A stretch of 64,000 nt of DNA from an uncultured archaeon (GCA_903866625.1 CAIPOI010000005.1:16371-80370), one strand, 5' to 3'; shown: positions 47,401 to 56,328, counted from the first letter of the stretch. Program-made: numbers and translations. Notes: generated from the letters alone by a model not told the origin.

Positions 47401-50231
47401 AACATGCTAGTTCTGCAGAAATGACTTCTGCAGGTTTAGAAGCTTCTGATGTGGATGGAGCAATAACTAATAGAAACACCGCTGAAATAAGTTATGATGG
47501 AAGAACATTTGATCAACTTTCAAAGAGCATACAAAATCAATTAGCAGACCAGTATATTGATTCAAAATCAAAAGTATCTGTAAAAAAAGGAACAGATGGA
47601 AATTGGTATCTTTATACTCTATCTAATAATCTTCAACTATCTAATATATACGATATAAAAAATGATGAACTTTTAAAAAGTCCTAATGGCGTTGACAAAT
47701 TAAAAGGTACATCTAGAGAGTATCTTACAAATGTTATCTTTAAAGAATATGATTCTAAATCTTATAAAAATGCTTGTAAGAATTGTAACTTTATGAAAAC
47801 TTTTGTAACAGAGCCATACAAAGGTATGCCCGCACTTCTTCCTTTTGATGATGTTAATGGTTGGTATGTTCAGGTTAAGCAAGTATATCCAACTCTTGGA
47901 GAACAAAAATCTTATCAGGATTCTGGTAGATTAAACAGCTTTTATCTTTGTAATGTTGGAAAAGATGGAATGATGGATGGTCAAGAAAAAGATAGTGACT
48001 GCAGAAGATTTGATTTTTACACTGGAGATTCTTTAGATAGTTTTAATGGATTGTCTAAAGAAAAAACTCGAGAGGTTGTTACTCAAGCAATAACTGCTAT
48101 ACGTTCGGCACAAGAACAATTAAAGAAAAATCCTTCAGAAATAACTATAAGAGGAATTACCAAGAATAATGGAAAACTAAAAGTTATTGGCTACTCTGGA
48201 AATGACAGTGAAGGAAAATGTACTGATTTTATGTCTGCAGGAGATTGTCAGACTATATTTAATGTGTGTGATCCTTTTGTTTGTCCAAATTCAAGATGTG
48301 ATTTTGGTGGAGAGTATAAAGTAGATAATGTTATTCAATCTGGGCTTGTTGGAAGCACGCTTTTATGCCTTCCTAATTTTATTGGATTTAATAAAGAGAC
48401 AGGAGTAGTTGTTCCTGTTTGTTTAACTGGTATAAATGCAGGATTGCAAGGATTAACTGCTATATTTGAAAGTTATAGAGATTGTTTGAATGAAAGTGTA
48501 AAAACAAATAGAACCGTTGGAATGTGCGACATGATTCAGAGTGTTTATCTTTGTGATTTTGTTTGGAGACAGATTGGACCCTTTGTGGAAGCTATGAGTA
48601 AGAACTTATTTTTGGGATTGTTTGGAAAAGGTGATAGAGGCGGAGCAGAGTACGCATTTACTGCTGATGCTTGGAGTAATGCAGAGAAATCTATGAATTA
48701 TTTTCAGACTACTTATGCAAAAAGTTCAAAATTATCTTTTGGAGTAACTTCTCTTGCTGATGCGGTTGTAAGTGATGTTTGTAAGATGTCTGCTTCTGCA
48801 ACTTATCCTAATGGATTTGATGCTATGTTAGAACCAGAATCGCCTATACAGTTTACTGCTTCATTTGAAGAAATTCCCTTTACTGATGCAACTGTTCCTG
48901 CAACTTCCCAATATAAAGTATTTTATCATATTTATGCTGGAGAAGATTATGGACACTATTACACTGTTTATTTGAAATCTGCTCCAACTTCTTTAGGTTA
49001 TGCTGGAAAAGATAGAACTGTTGTTGCTACCGGTTATGTTCCTAAAGGTGGAAGGGCTACAGATACTGTAGATTATGTGGATGTATCTGGATTTAAGGAA
49101 TTGTGTGTAAGAATAGATGCCCAAGACAAATGTGGATTTAAATCAGTTTCAACTAGTGCTATTTTGAATTATGCTAAAGATAAAGCAGTTCAAAGTCAGG
49201 CAACTACAAGTGTTACAACTGAAAAAGAATGTGTTGCTGGAAGTGCTTCTATTGGTGCTTATCTAACTCCAAATTTACAACAAGGAGTTTCTGAAATGGT
49301 TAATCCTGAATTGTATAATCAAGGAGTTATAAGAGTGTGTGCAAGTGCTAATCCTGGAGAGACTACTGAACCTTCAAGATGGTTGAAAGTAGGATATTGT
49401 GATAATGCTGCTATGGGCTGTTGGTTAGATACAAAAAGTGTAGAGAAAGCGATACAAGGAAAAGGAATAGAAAATGCTACTCTTGATGCAGCTAAGAAGT
49501 TAAGTGAAAAAGATTTAATTGAGAATTATGGTTATTATGGTTCTGAAATTGGTGCAGAGGAGATAAAGAAGTTGAAGACTGTTTATAGTTATCTTATTGA
49601 TAATGTAGATGATAATACCAAGGATTCTTTTGAGAGCATAACTTATCCTACCTCTTTAAAAAATTCAGCAGGTATTGATTATGAAGATAGAACTCTTGAG
49701 AGTATGGATTCTGATTTTGATGCCCTTGAAAAGAAATTAATTGTTTCAAATCAGAAAGCCCAGTTAGCTTTCTTAAGGGCAGAGTTATATGCTAAACTTG
49801 CTAGGGCTTTAATGACTACTGAGAAGCAAGTGAGTGATGTGAAAACAGTAACTCCGAATAGTAATGCTGTTGGTTCTAGTACAAATATTAAACCTACTAA
49901 TGGTTATTCTTTTGATAGTAATGATTGGATTAGGAGCTCTGATAATTCTATTACTAATTTTTATAGGTCATCTTCAAATTCGGGGGGAATTGATGCTCAG
50001 TATGTATTTTTTTGTAAGAGTTTTGAATTAAATCTATTAGTTTCTCGTGTCTGTTTGAATAATATAAGATTGTTTAATGTTGAGAATGGTAAGATCACGC
50101 TTATATCGGGATTGAATTTAGATAGTATAAATTCCATACTTAAGACTACAGAAGATAAGAAGGTTTACAAGGACTTAAATGAAGCTACGATAGATTATCA
50201 AGGCAATATTACTCCAAAGGGTTCTTCTTAA
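44487..50231 (+). CDS. 1914-aa giant secreted protein with Cys-rich C-terminal modules (candidate surface/adhesion protein)
   Basis: Sec-type signal peptide MCEKKEGRVLAIYLALALLFLSFIFSLSSISA; Cys-dense segments around 48.2-48.6 kb (CTDFMSAGDCQTIFNVCDPFVCPNSRCDFGG...) and 49.1-49.45 kb; no recognisable catalytic motif. Confidence 0.6.
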   Translation: MCEKKEGRVLAIYLALALLFLSFIFSLSSISAETYTSGFSGTGGSFSEVNTNYFSSYSSSLSSFGGFGSYLSGPQYRATDNSGFFDMEVFIPPLGCQPYVVRSDLLEEQNVPVFCKLTPLKINPGIDITRIENIAVTQKTSNPYVAGVGFYPARAALGSSSKFVNNPTSDNIGYVVVVLKRQATENQMPDNVTVTLSAQLRYGANYAFGIGENEFYLPVMSDSDFANNYKGYSFFDGVGYLRAESINTNSAVIAVYTSDQIKAFSDSIEKGKTSKDIYLPTGTGGQGMRINLKEITVPETKAKIKVNGKYYEVYNGNSFADGKCRISSIASYGAGTGYVSFYCGSEKFTLTKNFGKVKLSFASTSGETNKEYNIGEEILDVSSDFGKHLYPVYIGSISSVGSATEKNSYAVIASSDSILTNDQITNLRVEVSNLVSRISKDSSLGSIVEQISKQSLSGAKLYGVLSGNKIVISSNDIKKTLDITYIGQENNDIKITPSSAEEYYLKAKKYYEYVKSTYSGEINNINNQMDMPWVSTDQQFGADSLWEQYNLASTFNQKQEAKSLLSRIVNDYPTASNKISSTNVKTAQELLNTDDLLSTEGSTDYSKTQDLSFQLVGVERPSEDEASVKIDYTDAKQRLTKVLRKGDVWEIGDERKTKVTLNDFSQTQATVSYKCERKDVSGKTASSPSGQKTLNEKQVMALENCDSQVQISKINLQQVAHVTLTPMVDGRSRETNFTFSIGIEKRADLFKTTPEEANKQIEELNDLINEFKNITDSLGTVIKAGKAACLATSAVINLKNLVSGTEGEATARKQVMTGVWNDICATEVANKKYSSEEECISAKTSDKTIPNEIDAAQKIMSDFNTLDEKSMKEAKDKNGIISNDRAKEAELKPLIEFVKTKNIQVKDEAGNTKDNSYINTQLGKTAEFSYSEVAQVNYNLRMIAVASDKSKEAYQKAAYSILKAVEDRWNSQHASSAEMTSAGLEASDVDGAITNRNTAEISYDGRTFDQLSKSIQNQLADQYIDSKSKVSVKKGTDGNWYLYTLSNNLQLSNIYDIKNDELLKSPNGVDKLKGTSREYLTNVIFKEYDSKSYKNACKNCNFMKTFVTEPYKGMPALLPFDDVNGWYVQVKQVYPTLGEQKSYQDSGRLNSFYLCNVGKDGMMDGQEKDSDCRRFDFYTGDSLDSFNGLSKEKTREVVTQAITAIRSAQEQLKKNPSEITIRGITKNNGKLKVIGYSGNDSEGKCTDFMSAGDCQTIFNVCDPFVCPNSRCDFGGEYKVDNVIQSGLVGSTLLCLPNFIGFNKETGVVVPVCLTGINAGLQGLTAIFESYRDCLNESVKTNRTVGMCDMIQSVYLCDFVWRQIGPFVEAMSKNLFLGLFGKGDRGGAEYAFTADAWSNAEKSMNYFQTTYAKSSKLSFGVTSLADAVVSDVCKMSASATYPNGFDAMLEPESPIQFTASFEEIPFTDATVPATSQYKVFYHIYAGEDYGHYYTVYLKSAPTSLGYAGKDRTVVATGYVPKGGRATDTVDYVDVSGFKELCVRIDAQDKCGFKSVSTSAILNYAKDKAVQSQATTSVTTEKECVAGSASIGAYLTPNLQQGVSEMVNPELYNQGVIRVCASANPGETTEPSRWLKVGYCDNAAMGCWLDTKSVEKAIQGKGIENATLDAAKKLSEKDLIENYGYYGSEIGAEEIKKLKTVYSYLIDNVDDNTKDSFESITYPTSLKNSAGIDYEDRTLESMDSDFDALEKKLIVSNQKAQLAFLRAELYAKLARALMTTEKQVSDVKTVTPNSNAVGSSTNIKPTNGYSFDSNDWIRSSDNSITNFYRSSSNSGGIDAQYVFFCKSFELNLLVSRVCLNNIRLFNVENGKITLISGLNLDSINSILKTTEDKKVYKDLNEATIDYQGNITPKGSS

Positions 50232-50249
50232 AAAATTAATAAAAATATA

Positions 50250-50331
50250 TGCGGGGAAGAGGATTCGAACCTCTGTAGCATGAAGCATCACGGCCTAAAC
50301 GTGACCCGTTTGACCGCTCCGGCATCCCCGC
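50250..50331 (-). tRNA. tRNA-Leu (anticodon TAG)
   Basis: Reverse complement: acceptor GCGGGGA/TCCCCGC, 3-bp D stem with a long D loop, anticodon stem TCACG/CGTGA with loop TTTAGGC, a 13-nt variable arm, T arm AGAGG-TTCGAAT-CCTCT. 82 nt. Confidence 0.85.
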
Positions 50332-50538
50332 ATGATAAATATAAAAAATGTTAGTATAAAAAGATAAGCTTTTTGAAACGATAAGTATTATAATTAATAC
50401 TTTTGCTTTTATTTCATAAAAGTATATTTATTAATATTAAGATAATAATTTTCTTAGCGCAAGCCGAGCAGGCAGTTGGTGAGGGTAGAATTTATTTTAG
50501 GGGTATTGTTTAAACTTAAGTTTAATCAGTTTCTATTT

Positions 50539-51321
50539 TTATCCTCTGTATCTTCCAAGAATATCTTCTTGACCAAAAATTCCCAAAGAATATAATGTGT
50601 TTATAAGTTGATTCCCAGTAGTTTGTATTTTTTCATCGAACTTTACTTCCTGATTTCCATAAACTGTTCTTAAAGCAGCTTCAACTCTTTGAGGGCTTGG
50701 CCTGCCCCCCCTTATTAATTGGTCTAAAACTCTTCTTTCAAACCAAGAACGAGGAGTTCTTCCATTAGTGCTTATTGAAGCCCTGTGATAAAAATCATCT
50801 AGGGCTAATATTATGGATAGTGCTTTTTCTTTTTGACTATAGTCAAAAGGTATTGGATTTGGATAAGCGTCAGGTTGCCAAGCATGATGTAATCCTGCAA
50901 TATTGGCTGCTATAGGTTCATTTAATCTTAATAGTAATTCTCTGGCTTTAGTTGGATGAGTCTTTATCAATTCTCTTTCATAAGGCTTTAGGTGTTTTCT
51001 ATCTACGGTCTCTGGATGTTCTATTCTTTCTACATCATGCATCAATCCTGCGATAAATGCATGTTTTCTATATTCTCCTGGAATTCTTAGTAATGAAAGA
51101 ACATCATCGCCTATTAATGGAACTATAAGATTATGTAAGGTTTGTATGTATTTTCCTTGTTCTTTGGTTTTATCTAAGGCGGTAAAGATAAAACTTTGAG
51201 TTATGCCCTTATTAGAGTCATAGGTTAGGCTAGAAAGGGGTACTTTAAGTTCAGTTAAAAGAGCTTTTACTCTGGATTCAAGTAATGCGATGTCTGCCCT
51301 GTATTTTACTGGGATTTCCAT
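50539..51321 (-). CDS. HD-domain phosphohydrolase
   Basis: HAFIAGLMHDVERIEH (H...HD motif), with further conserved His and Asp downstream. Confidence 0.6.
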   Translation of the reverse strand: MEIPVKYRADIALLESRVKALLTELKVPLSSLTYDSNKGITQSFIFTALDKTKEQGKYIQTLHNLIVPLIGDDVLSLLRIPGEYRKHAFIAGLMHDVERIEHPETVDRKHLKPYERELIKTHPTKARELLLRLNEPIAANIAGLHHAWQPDAYPNPIPFDYSQKEKALSIILALDDFYHRASISTNGRTPRSWFERRVLDQLIRGGRPSPQRVEAALRTVYGNQEVKFDEKIQTTGNQLINTLYSLGIFGQEDILGRYRG

Positions 51322-51374
51322 CTTAAAGGCTACTTATCTCTTGTTTTTAAGCTTAACTCTTAGGGGTTTTAGAA

Positions 51375-52328
51375 TTATTCTTTCTTCTTTTTTGCGCCTT
51401 TTTCCTTCTCTAATTTTGTCTCTGCTTCTTTAATCTTAATTTTTTCTTCTAAATCTAATCTATCCAAAAGTTCTTTATACCTGTTTCTTATTGTAACTTC
51501 AGTTATTCCTGCTACATCCGCTACCTCTCTTTGGGTTTTTTTCTCATCATTTAATAAAGCAGCTACATAAAGGGCTGCTGCAGCAATACCTGCTGGTCCT
51601 CTTCCACTTGTAAGCTCTGAGTTTTCGGCTTTTCCTAGTATTTTTATGGCTTCATTTTGAGTTTTTGGACTTAAATGAAGCACGTTTGCGAATCTTGAGA
51701 TATAATCCTTGGGAGAAGAAGGAGTAGATTTGATACCCATTTTTCTTACTATAAATCTATAGGTTCTTCCTATTTCTTTCCTTTCTACATCCGAGGCATT
51801 TGAGATTTCGTCTAGGGTTCTTGGAATATTATAGCTTCTGCATGCAGAATAAATACAAGCAGCAATTACAGATTCCATGCTTCTTCCTCTAACTAAACCT
51901 CTTTGGAGTACAAAATTATAGATCCTTGAGGCTTCGTCTCTTACTACTGGAGGCAGATTTAGGAAAGAAGCTACTCTTCTTAACTCTGACATTGCTAATC
52001 TTAAATTTCTTTCAATAGAAGTTGAAACTCTTTCCTGCCATTTTTTTAATCTTAAGAATTTTCTTGTTTCATCAGTCTTTAATTTGTATATATCTGAAAT
52101 TTCTCCAACATTAGTTGTAAGACCTTTATCGAATTTTTGATCGCTTAATGGCGCTCCACCACGACCTTTTTTTTCTTCACCATCAAAACTGCCTTGCATT
52201 TCTTGAGAAGTATCAACAATTTTTTCTTCAACTACTAAACCACAATCATTACAGATAACTTCGCCCTTTTGATCATCATAATAAAGATGAGAACTTCCGC
52301 AATCAGGACATTTTTTAGCAAGACTCAT
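51375..52328 (-). CDS. tfb: transcription initiation factor TFB (TFIIB homolog)
   Basis: N-terminal zinc ribbon CPDCGSSHLYYDDQKGEVICNDCG, a B-finger/linker, two cyclin-fold repeats, and a K/E-rich C-terminal tail. Confidence 0.9.
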   Translation of the reverse strand: MSLAKKCPDCGSSHLYYDDQKGEVICNDCGLVVEEKIVDTSQEMQGSFDGEEKKGRGGAPLSDQKFDKGLTTNVGEISDIYKLKTDETRKFLRLKKWQERVSTSIERNLRLAMSELRRVASFLNLPPVVRDEASRIYNFVLQRGLVRGRSMESVIAACIYSACRSYNIPRTLDEISNASDVERKEIGRTYRFIVRKMGIKSTPSSPKDYISRFANVLHLSPKTQNEAIKILGKAENSELTSGRGPAGIAAAALYVAALLNDEKKTQREVADVAGITEVTIRNRYKELLDRLDLEEKIKIKEAETKLEKEKGAKKKKE

Positions 52329-52430
52329 TGGTGTTTTAAAGCGAGGATTAAATTTATAAAGAGATAATAGGGTTTGGGTTTATAAAGCTTTGGGTATGTT
52401 TGGGATTTTGTCGACGAGGAAGAAAAGGTG

Positions 52431-52760
52431 TTACTTTTTCTTTTTAATAAGGTATATTATCAATCCTATAATAATAAGTAGCCCTATAATTGATATTATT
52501 GAGAGCATATTATCTTTGAAAGTTTGAACTATTGATTTTTGGCAGGTAAAGTTAATTTGGTATTGAGCACACCAACTAGCAGCTTGAGTCCTGTTAGCTT
52601 CAGAAAGGGAGTAATTGCATATATAATTATTTGTACAATAATAAGCTTTAAGGTTATTGATAGTATTATTTACAAGAATATCACTTTCAGCATAAATAAT
52701 AGGTAGAATACAGATTGAAATAATTAATAGAAACGATAAAAACTTTAATGATTTATTCAT
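52431..52760 (-). CDS. small secreted Cys-containing protein with a C-terminal TM anchor
   Basis: Signal peptide MNKSLKFLSFLLIISICILPIIYA, 6 Cys, and a C-terminal hydrophobic helix plus KKKK. Confidence 0.4.
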   Translation of the reverse strand: MNKSLKFLSFLLIISICILPIIYAESDILVNNTINNLKAYYCTNNYICNYSLSEANRTQAASWCAQYQINFTCQKSIVQTFKDNMLSIISIIGLLIIIGLIIYLIKKKK

Positions 52761-52794
52761 TTTTAAAATAATCTTTTAGGATTAATAAATCTTT

Positions 52795-53157
52795 TTAATC
52801 AATCAAAACTGCATTAACTGAGCCTTCTTGGCTTGGTCTATTTGTTATTCTAGCTTTACCAAGTTCTGTATCAATAATAGCTCCTTTAATAAGAATATTT
52901 TGTCTTGCTAAGAAACGATTAGCATGAGTTTCTATAACATTAGTTATCTTTGCTTTTTTTGTCTTGCCTTTTTTATCAGTAATATTTGCAATATCTGTAG
53001 AAAGCAAAACTTCTTTTTCATTACCACCCTTTGTTCTAAGAACCTTTGATTTTCGCTGTCTTAATTTTACAATCCTAGGAATACCTGGTGCTTCGTGAGC
53101 TTTGCTCTTACGATTAGCATGATATTTTCCGCCAGAGATTTTTCTTCCTTTATTCAT
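52795..53157 (-). CDS. 30S ribosomal protein S8e
   Basis: RKISGGKYHANRKSK..., ...ANRFLARQNILIKGAIIDTELGKARITNRPSQEGSVNAVLI matches S8e. Confidence 0.8.
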   Translation of the reverse strand: MNKGRKISGGKYHANRKSKAHEAPGIPRIVKLRQRKSKVLRTKGGNEKEVLLSTDIANITDKKGKTKKAKITNVIETHANRFLARQNILIKGAIIDTELGKARITNRPSQEGSVNAVLID

Positions 53158-53260
53158 AAAACTCTTATAAAAAGTTCATTTAAATACCTTTCTCTATTCT
53201 TTTTTTAAGAATTTTTACAATCTTATTTTTCATTATACATAACTTTAAAAACTAAAAACT

Positions 53261-53512
53261 ATGCTAAGATTTATGGCAAATGGAATTGAAAGACCCTTAG
53301 ATATGCTTAATGCATCTAAAGGTAAAGAAATTTTATTGCAGCTCAAGAACGACAAGCAAGTTGTCGGAACTCTTGTAGCGTTTGACATCCATATCAATTT
53401 GGTGTTAGATAATGCTAGAGAACTTGAAAACAATGAAATGAAGAAGAAATTAGGTCTTGCTTTTGTAAGAGGAGACACAATAATCTACATTTCACCTGCT
53501 ACAATAAAGTAA
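53261..53512 (+). CDS. Sm-like archaeal protein (SmAP/LSm)
   Basis: Sm1 and Sm2 motifs: KEILLQLKNDKQVVGTLVAFDIHINLVLDNA...LGLAFVRGDTIIYIS. Confidence 0.75.
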   Translation: MLRFMANGIERPLDMLNASKGKEILLQLKNDKQVVGTLVAFDIHINLVLDNARELENNEMKKKLGLAFVRGDTIIYISPATIK

Positions 53513-53644
53513 GATTAAAAAAGAATAAACCAAGCGTTTTGCTCTTAAATTCGCTGAGCATAATTCTACGCGATTAAAAGATAGCTTGAGCTTTGTTAAG
53601 TCTATTATATAAATCTTTAAAAATAATTTTTATTCTTTCATAGA

Positions 53645-54052
53645 ATGTACAGAAGAAATCTTTTTGTCTGCCAAGGAAATATTGATAGAAGTAAGGCTGG
53701 AGAATTAATTTATTCTCAGATGTTAAAAGAAGCAGGGTTTAAGGTTGAAGATTTTTTTAGTATTAGGGATGCGGATTTTTATGTTGGTTCTGCAGGTATT
53801 CAGGTCTCTGCAGAAGCAGAATTTAATGGTTCTGTTCAGTTGGATTGGAGAATGATTGAAGCTGCAGATAGGGTTTTTTCTATTGATGAATCTATAACTC
53901 TAGTTTTAGTAAAAGATTTTTCAGCAAGAAGAGAAAGAACTGTTCAGTTGGATATTCCAGATGGAAGAAGTTTATTGATTCCTGAGCAAGCTGAAAGTTT
54001 GTTCAGAGAGTTTAGAGAAAAGTTGAGAGGTTATGTTCCGCATAGATTATAA
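53645..54052 (+). CDS. low-molecular-weight phosphotyrosine phosphatase / ArsC-like protein
   Basis: CX5R P-loop LFVCQGNIDRS near the N-terminus. Confidence 0.55.
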   Translation: MYRRNLFVCQGNIDRSKAGELIYSQMLKEAGFKVEDFFSIRDADFYVGSAGIQVSAEAEFNGSVQLDWRMIEAADRVFSIDESITLVLVKDFSARRERTVQLDIPDGRSLLIPEQAESLFREFREKLRGYVPHRL

Positions 54053-54258
54053 TCCTCTGCACCTACTATTTGATTATTTAGCACGCTCCAATCTTGATAT
54101 ACTTTTTGTTGATGAGGGTTATGTCCTAATTTTAGTTCTTTAGCTAACTCTTCTGTAACTTGTTGAAAGATATCAGAACTCATAGTTGTTACTTTTACTT
54201 TTGTTAAATTAATTCCAAGTTTTGCTAGTTGTTCTAAAAAATTATCTGTTTTTGCCAT
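54031..54258 (-). CDS. small hypothetical protein (possibly co-transcribed with RNase Z)
   Basis: 75-aa ORF starting 2 nt after the RNase Z stop; weak. Confidence 0.3.
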   Translation of the reverse strand: MAKTDNFLEQLAKLGINLTKVKVTTMSSDIFQQVTEELAKELKLGHNPHQQKVYQDWSVLNNQIVGAEDYNLCGT

Positions 54259-54259
54259 T

Positions 54260-55231
54260 CTAAACCCCTATACTCATTAAATCTTCAGCAACAATTGTAT
54301 TCTTAAACTTTTTTTTGGCTTCTTTTAAGATAAGTTTTTCATTGCCATCATATCTCTGGCTTAGATGTGAAAGATAAAGCTTTTTTGCTCCTGCTTTTTT
54401 TGCAATTTCTCCGGCTTGTTCTGCTGTAAGATGTTCATGCAAACTTGCAAGATCTTTCTCATCATTGAGATAAACTGCTTCACTAATTACTACTTCAGAA
54501 TCTTTAGCTATTTTATGACAGTTTTCAACTAGCTTAGTATCCAGAATAAAACTTATTTTTTTATCTTCAGTTTTATAAATAATATCTTTTGCTTTAATTT
54601 TTTTACCATTAAATTCAATATCCTTGCCTTGTTGTAATTGGCCTATTAAAGGAGAGTTTGGAAGCTTGAGCTTTTTTAGTTTGGCTCTATCTAATCTTAT
54701 CTTTCCTTTTTCAACAAAAGCATAAGCATTGCAAGGGATTGAATGTTGAAGTGGGCTAGACTCGAGATAAAACTCTTTATTTTCAAAGAACTTGCCCTCT
54801 GAAACTTCTTGAACAACTATTGGAATTTTATTATAGGGGACTAAAAGTTTTATTAATTCATTTAAGTCTTGTTTTGTTCCTTTTGGGCCATAAACATAGA
54901 GAGTTTTTGAATAAGCATTTAGTAATAGTGTTTGAAGTAATCCCGCAATTCCAAGAATATGATCGCCATGCCAGTGAGTGATAAGTAATCTTGTTATCTT
55001 GCAAGGATTTAAGTGTGCTTTTCTAAACTGTCTTTGTGTTCCTTCTCCACAATCTACTAAGATATTTTCACCAGCATATTGAAGCAAGATAGAGGTGTGA
55101 TTCCTCTTGGCAGTAGGAATTGCTTGACTTGTTCCTAAAAAGGTTATATTTATTGGCGTTGGCATGTTTTTCTTTAATCTGTTTAATCTATACTTATATT
55201 CTGGAGAATATAGTTTATAAATTCTTTTCAA
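54260..55231 (-). CDS. rnz: ribonuclease Z (tRNA 3' endonuclease, MBL fold)
   Basis: ITFLGTSQAIP...LVDCGEGTQRQ...ITHWHGDHILG (HxHxDH motif). Confidence 0.8.
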   Translation of the reverse strand: MKRIYKLYSPEYKYRLNRLKKNMPTPINITFLGTSQAIPTAKRNHTSILLQYAGENILVDCGEGTQRQFRKAHLNPCKITRLLITHWHGDHILGIAGLLQTLLLNAYSKTLYVYGPKGTKQDLNELIKLLVPYNKIPIVVQEVSEGKFFENKEFYLESSPLQHSIPCNAYAFVEKGKIRLDRAKLKKLKLPNSPLIGQLQQGKDIEFNGKKIKAKDIIYKTEDKKISFILDTKLVENCHKIAKDSEVVISEAVYLNDEKDLASLHEHLTAEQAGEIAKKAGAKKLYLSHLSQRYDGNEKLILKEAKKKFKNTIVAEDLMSIGV

Positions 55232-55278
55232 GGTAGAATAGGTAATTTTATATAGCTTCTTTTTTTAATTTATTAGAA

Positions 55279-55353
55279 GCACCCGTAGCTCAGCCCGGAT
55301 AGAGCACCAGCCTTCTAAGTTGGGGGTCCAAGGTTCAAATCCTTGCGGGTGCG
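55279..55353 (+). tRNA. tRNA-Arg (anticodon TCT)
   Basis: Acceptor GCACCCG/CGGGTGC, D arm GCTC-AGCCCGGATA-GAGC, anticodon stem CCAGC/GTTGG with loop CTTCTAA, T arm CAAGG-TTCAAAT-CCTTG. 75 nt. Confidence 0.9.
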
Positions 55354-55356
55354 TAC

Positions 55357-55428
55357 GCACCGGTGGCACAATGGTACTGCGTCCGCCTGCAGAGCGGATT
55401 TTCGGGAGTTCGATTCTCCCCCGGTGCT
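55357..55428 (+). tRNA. tRNA-Cys (anticodon GCA)
   Basis: Acceptor GCACCGG/CCGGTGC, anticodon stem TCCGC/GCGGA with loop CTGCAGA, T arm GGGAG-TTCGATT-CTCCC, 3 nt after tRNA-Arg. 72 nt. Confidence 0.85.
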
Positions 55429-55522
55429 TCTAGGAGAATCGAAGAAGAGTTCGATTTACTTCAATTTGAAAGCGGAAAATTGAAGTATCAGAAAATTTAA
55501 TTTTCTGAGTCCCCCGGTGCTT
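55406..55522 (+). repeat. direct repeats of the tRNA-Cys 3' portion: GAGTTCGATT (55406-55415 and 55447-55456) and TCCCCCGGTGCTT (55417-55429 and 55510-55522). The second copy is interrupted by a 53-nt insert carrying two palindromic hairpins.
   Basis: Exact string identity read directly. The insert contains ACTTCAATT...AATTGAAGT (55458-55486) and the 21-nt perfect palindrome TCAGAAAATTTAATTTTCTGA (55488-55508). Confidence 0.6.
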
Positions 55523-55622
55523 AGTAGTTTCTCTTTTAGAAAAAGAGAAGCCCACACTAAGAGAAAACTAATTTTACTATTATTCTGAAAAAATTTGAAC
55601 GTCTTAGAAACTAATTATTTAT

Positions 55623-55856
55623 TTAATCATGCGTATCTAGATTAAAAGTTGCTCCACTGAAGCTTATAGCTTCATGAAGTCTATCTGCAAGATGCATAAC
55701 TTGCTCTTTGGTTGGCTTTTTATTTCCCCAATCATAATAAAAATCTACTGGGCCTAACGCAATTTTAAAACCTAATTTTTCTACTTTCTTTGCTACTTCA
55801 CTTGGTTTTACTACGCCAGTTCCGAAATACATAACTAAATAGGTTTTCCATACCAT
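55623..55856 (-). CDS. hypothetical protein
   Basis: 77-aa ORF; no motif recognised. Confidence 0.35.
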   Translation of the reverse strand: MVWKTYLVMYFGTGVVKPSEVAKKVEKLGFKIALGPVDFYYDWGNKKPTKEQVMHLADRLHEAISFSGATFNLDTHD

Positions 55857-55932
55857 ATTTAATATAATACTTTTTAGTTTATAGGCTTTTCTGTATACAA
55901 ATATATTTAATTCTATAACTAGTTAATGATAA

Positions 55933-56328
55933 ATGAAACTCACACAAAAGGGAAGATTTTGGATTTGGGATGAAGAATCTCGGGAAGTAGATTTAGCTAT
56001 ACTTGATTTACAAAGGTTTTACAAGGATAAGGGGTTAAGTATATGGGGCTCTAGTCAATGTGAATGCTGTGGCGCGTGTTGTTATAAATTTGGAATTTTG
56101 CCATTGGGAAAATCTCAGTATAAGAAATGTGAGTTTTTACATTGTTCTGATGAAGCTGAATGTGATGTGCATGGAAGAAATAAACCTCACTGTTGTAAAA
56201 TTTATGGCTGTTGGAGCAGAAATTTTAAAATGGGAACTGATGCTGAAAGATTACAACTAATAAGAATTGCTATTGATATTCTTCATACAAAGAAAGAAAA
56301 AGACTTGCTTGAGCTTATAGGTAGATGA
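55933..56328 (+). CDS. Cys-rich protein with a CxxCxxCC motif (YkgJ/UPF0153-like putative Fe-S or Zn binding)
   Basis: CECCGACC, followed by a further 8 Cys (CEFLHCSDEAECDVHGRNKPHCCKIYGC). Confidence 0.45.
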   Translation: MKLTQKGRFWIWDEESREVDLAILDLQRFYKDKGLSIWGSSQCECCGACCYKFGILPLGKSQYKKCEFLHCSDEAECDVHGRNKPHCCKIYGCWSRNFKMGTDAERLQLIRIAIDILHTKKEKDLLELIGR

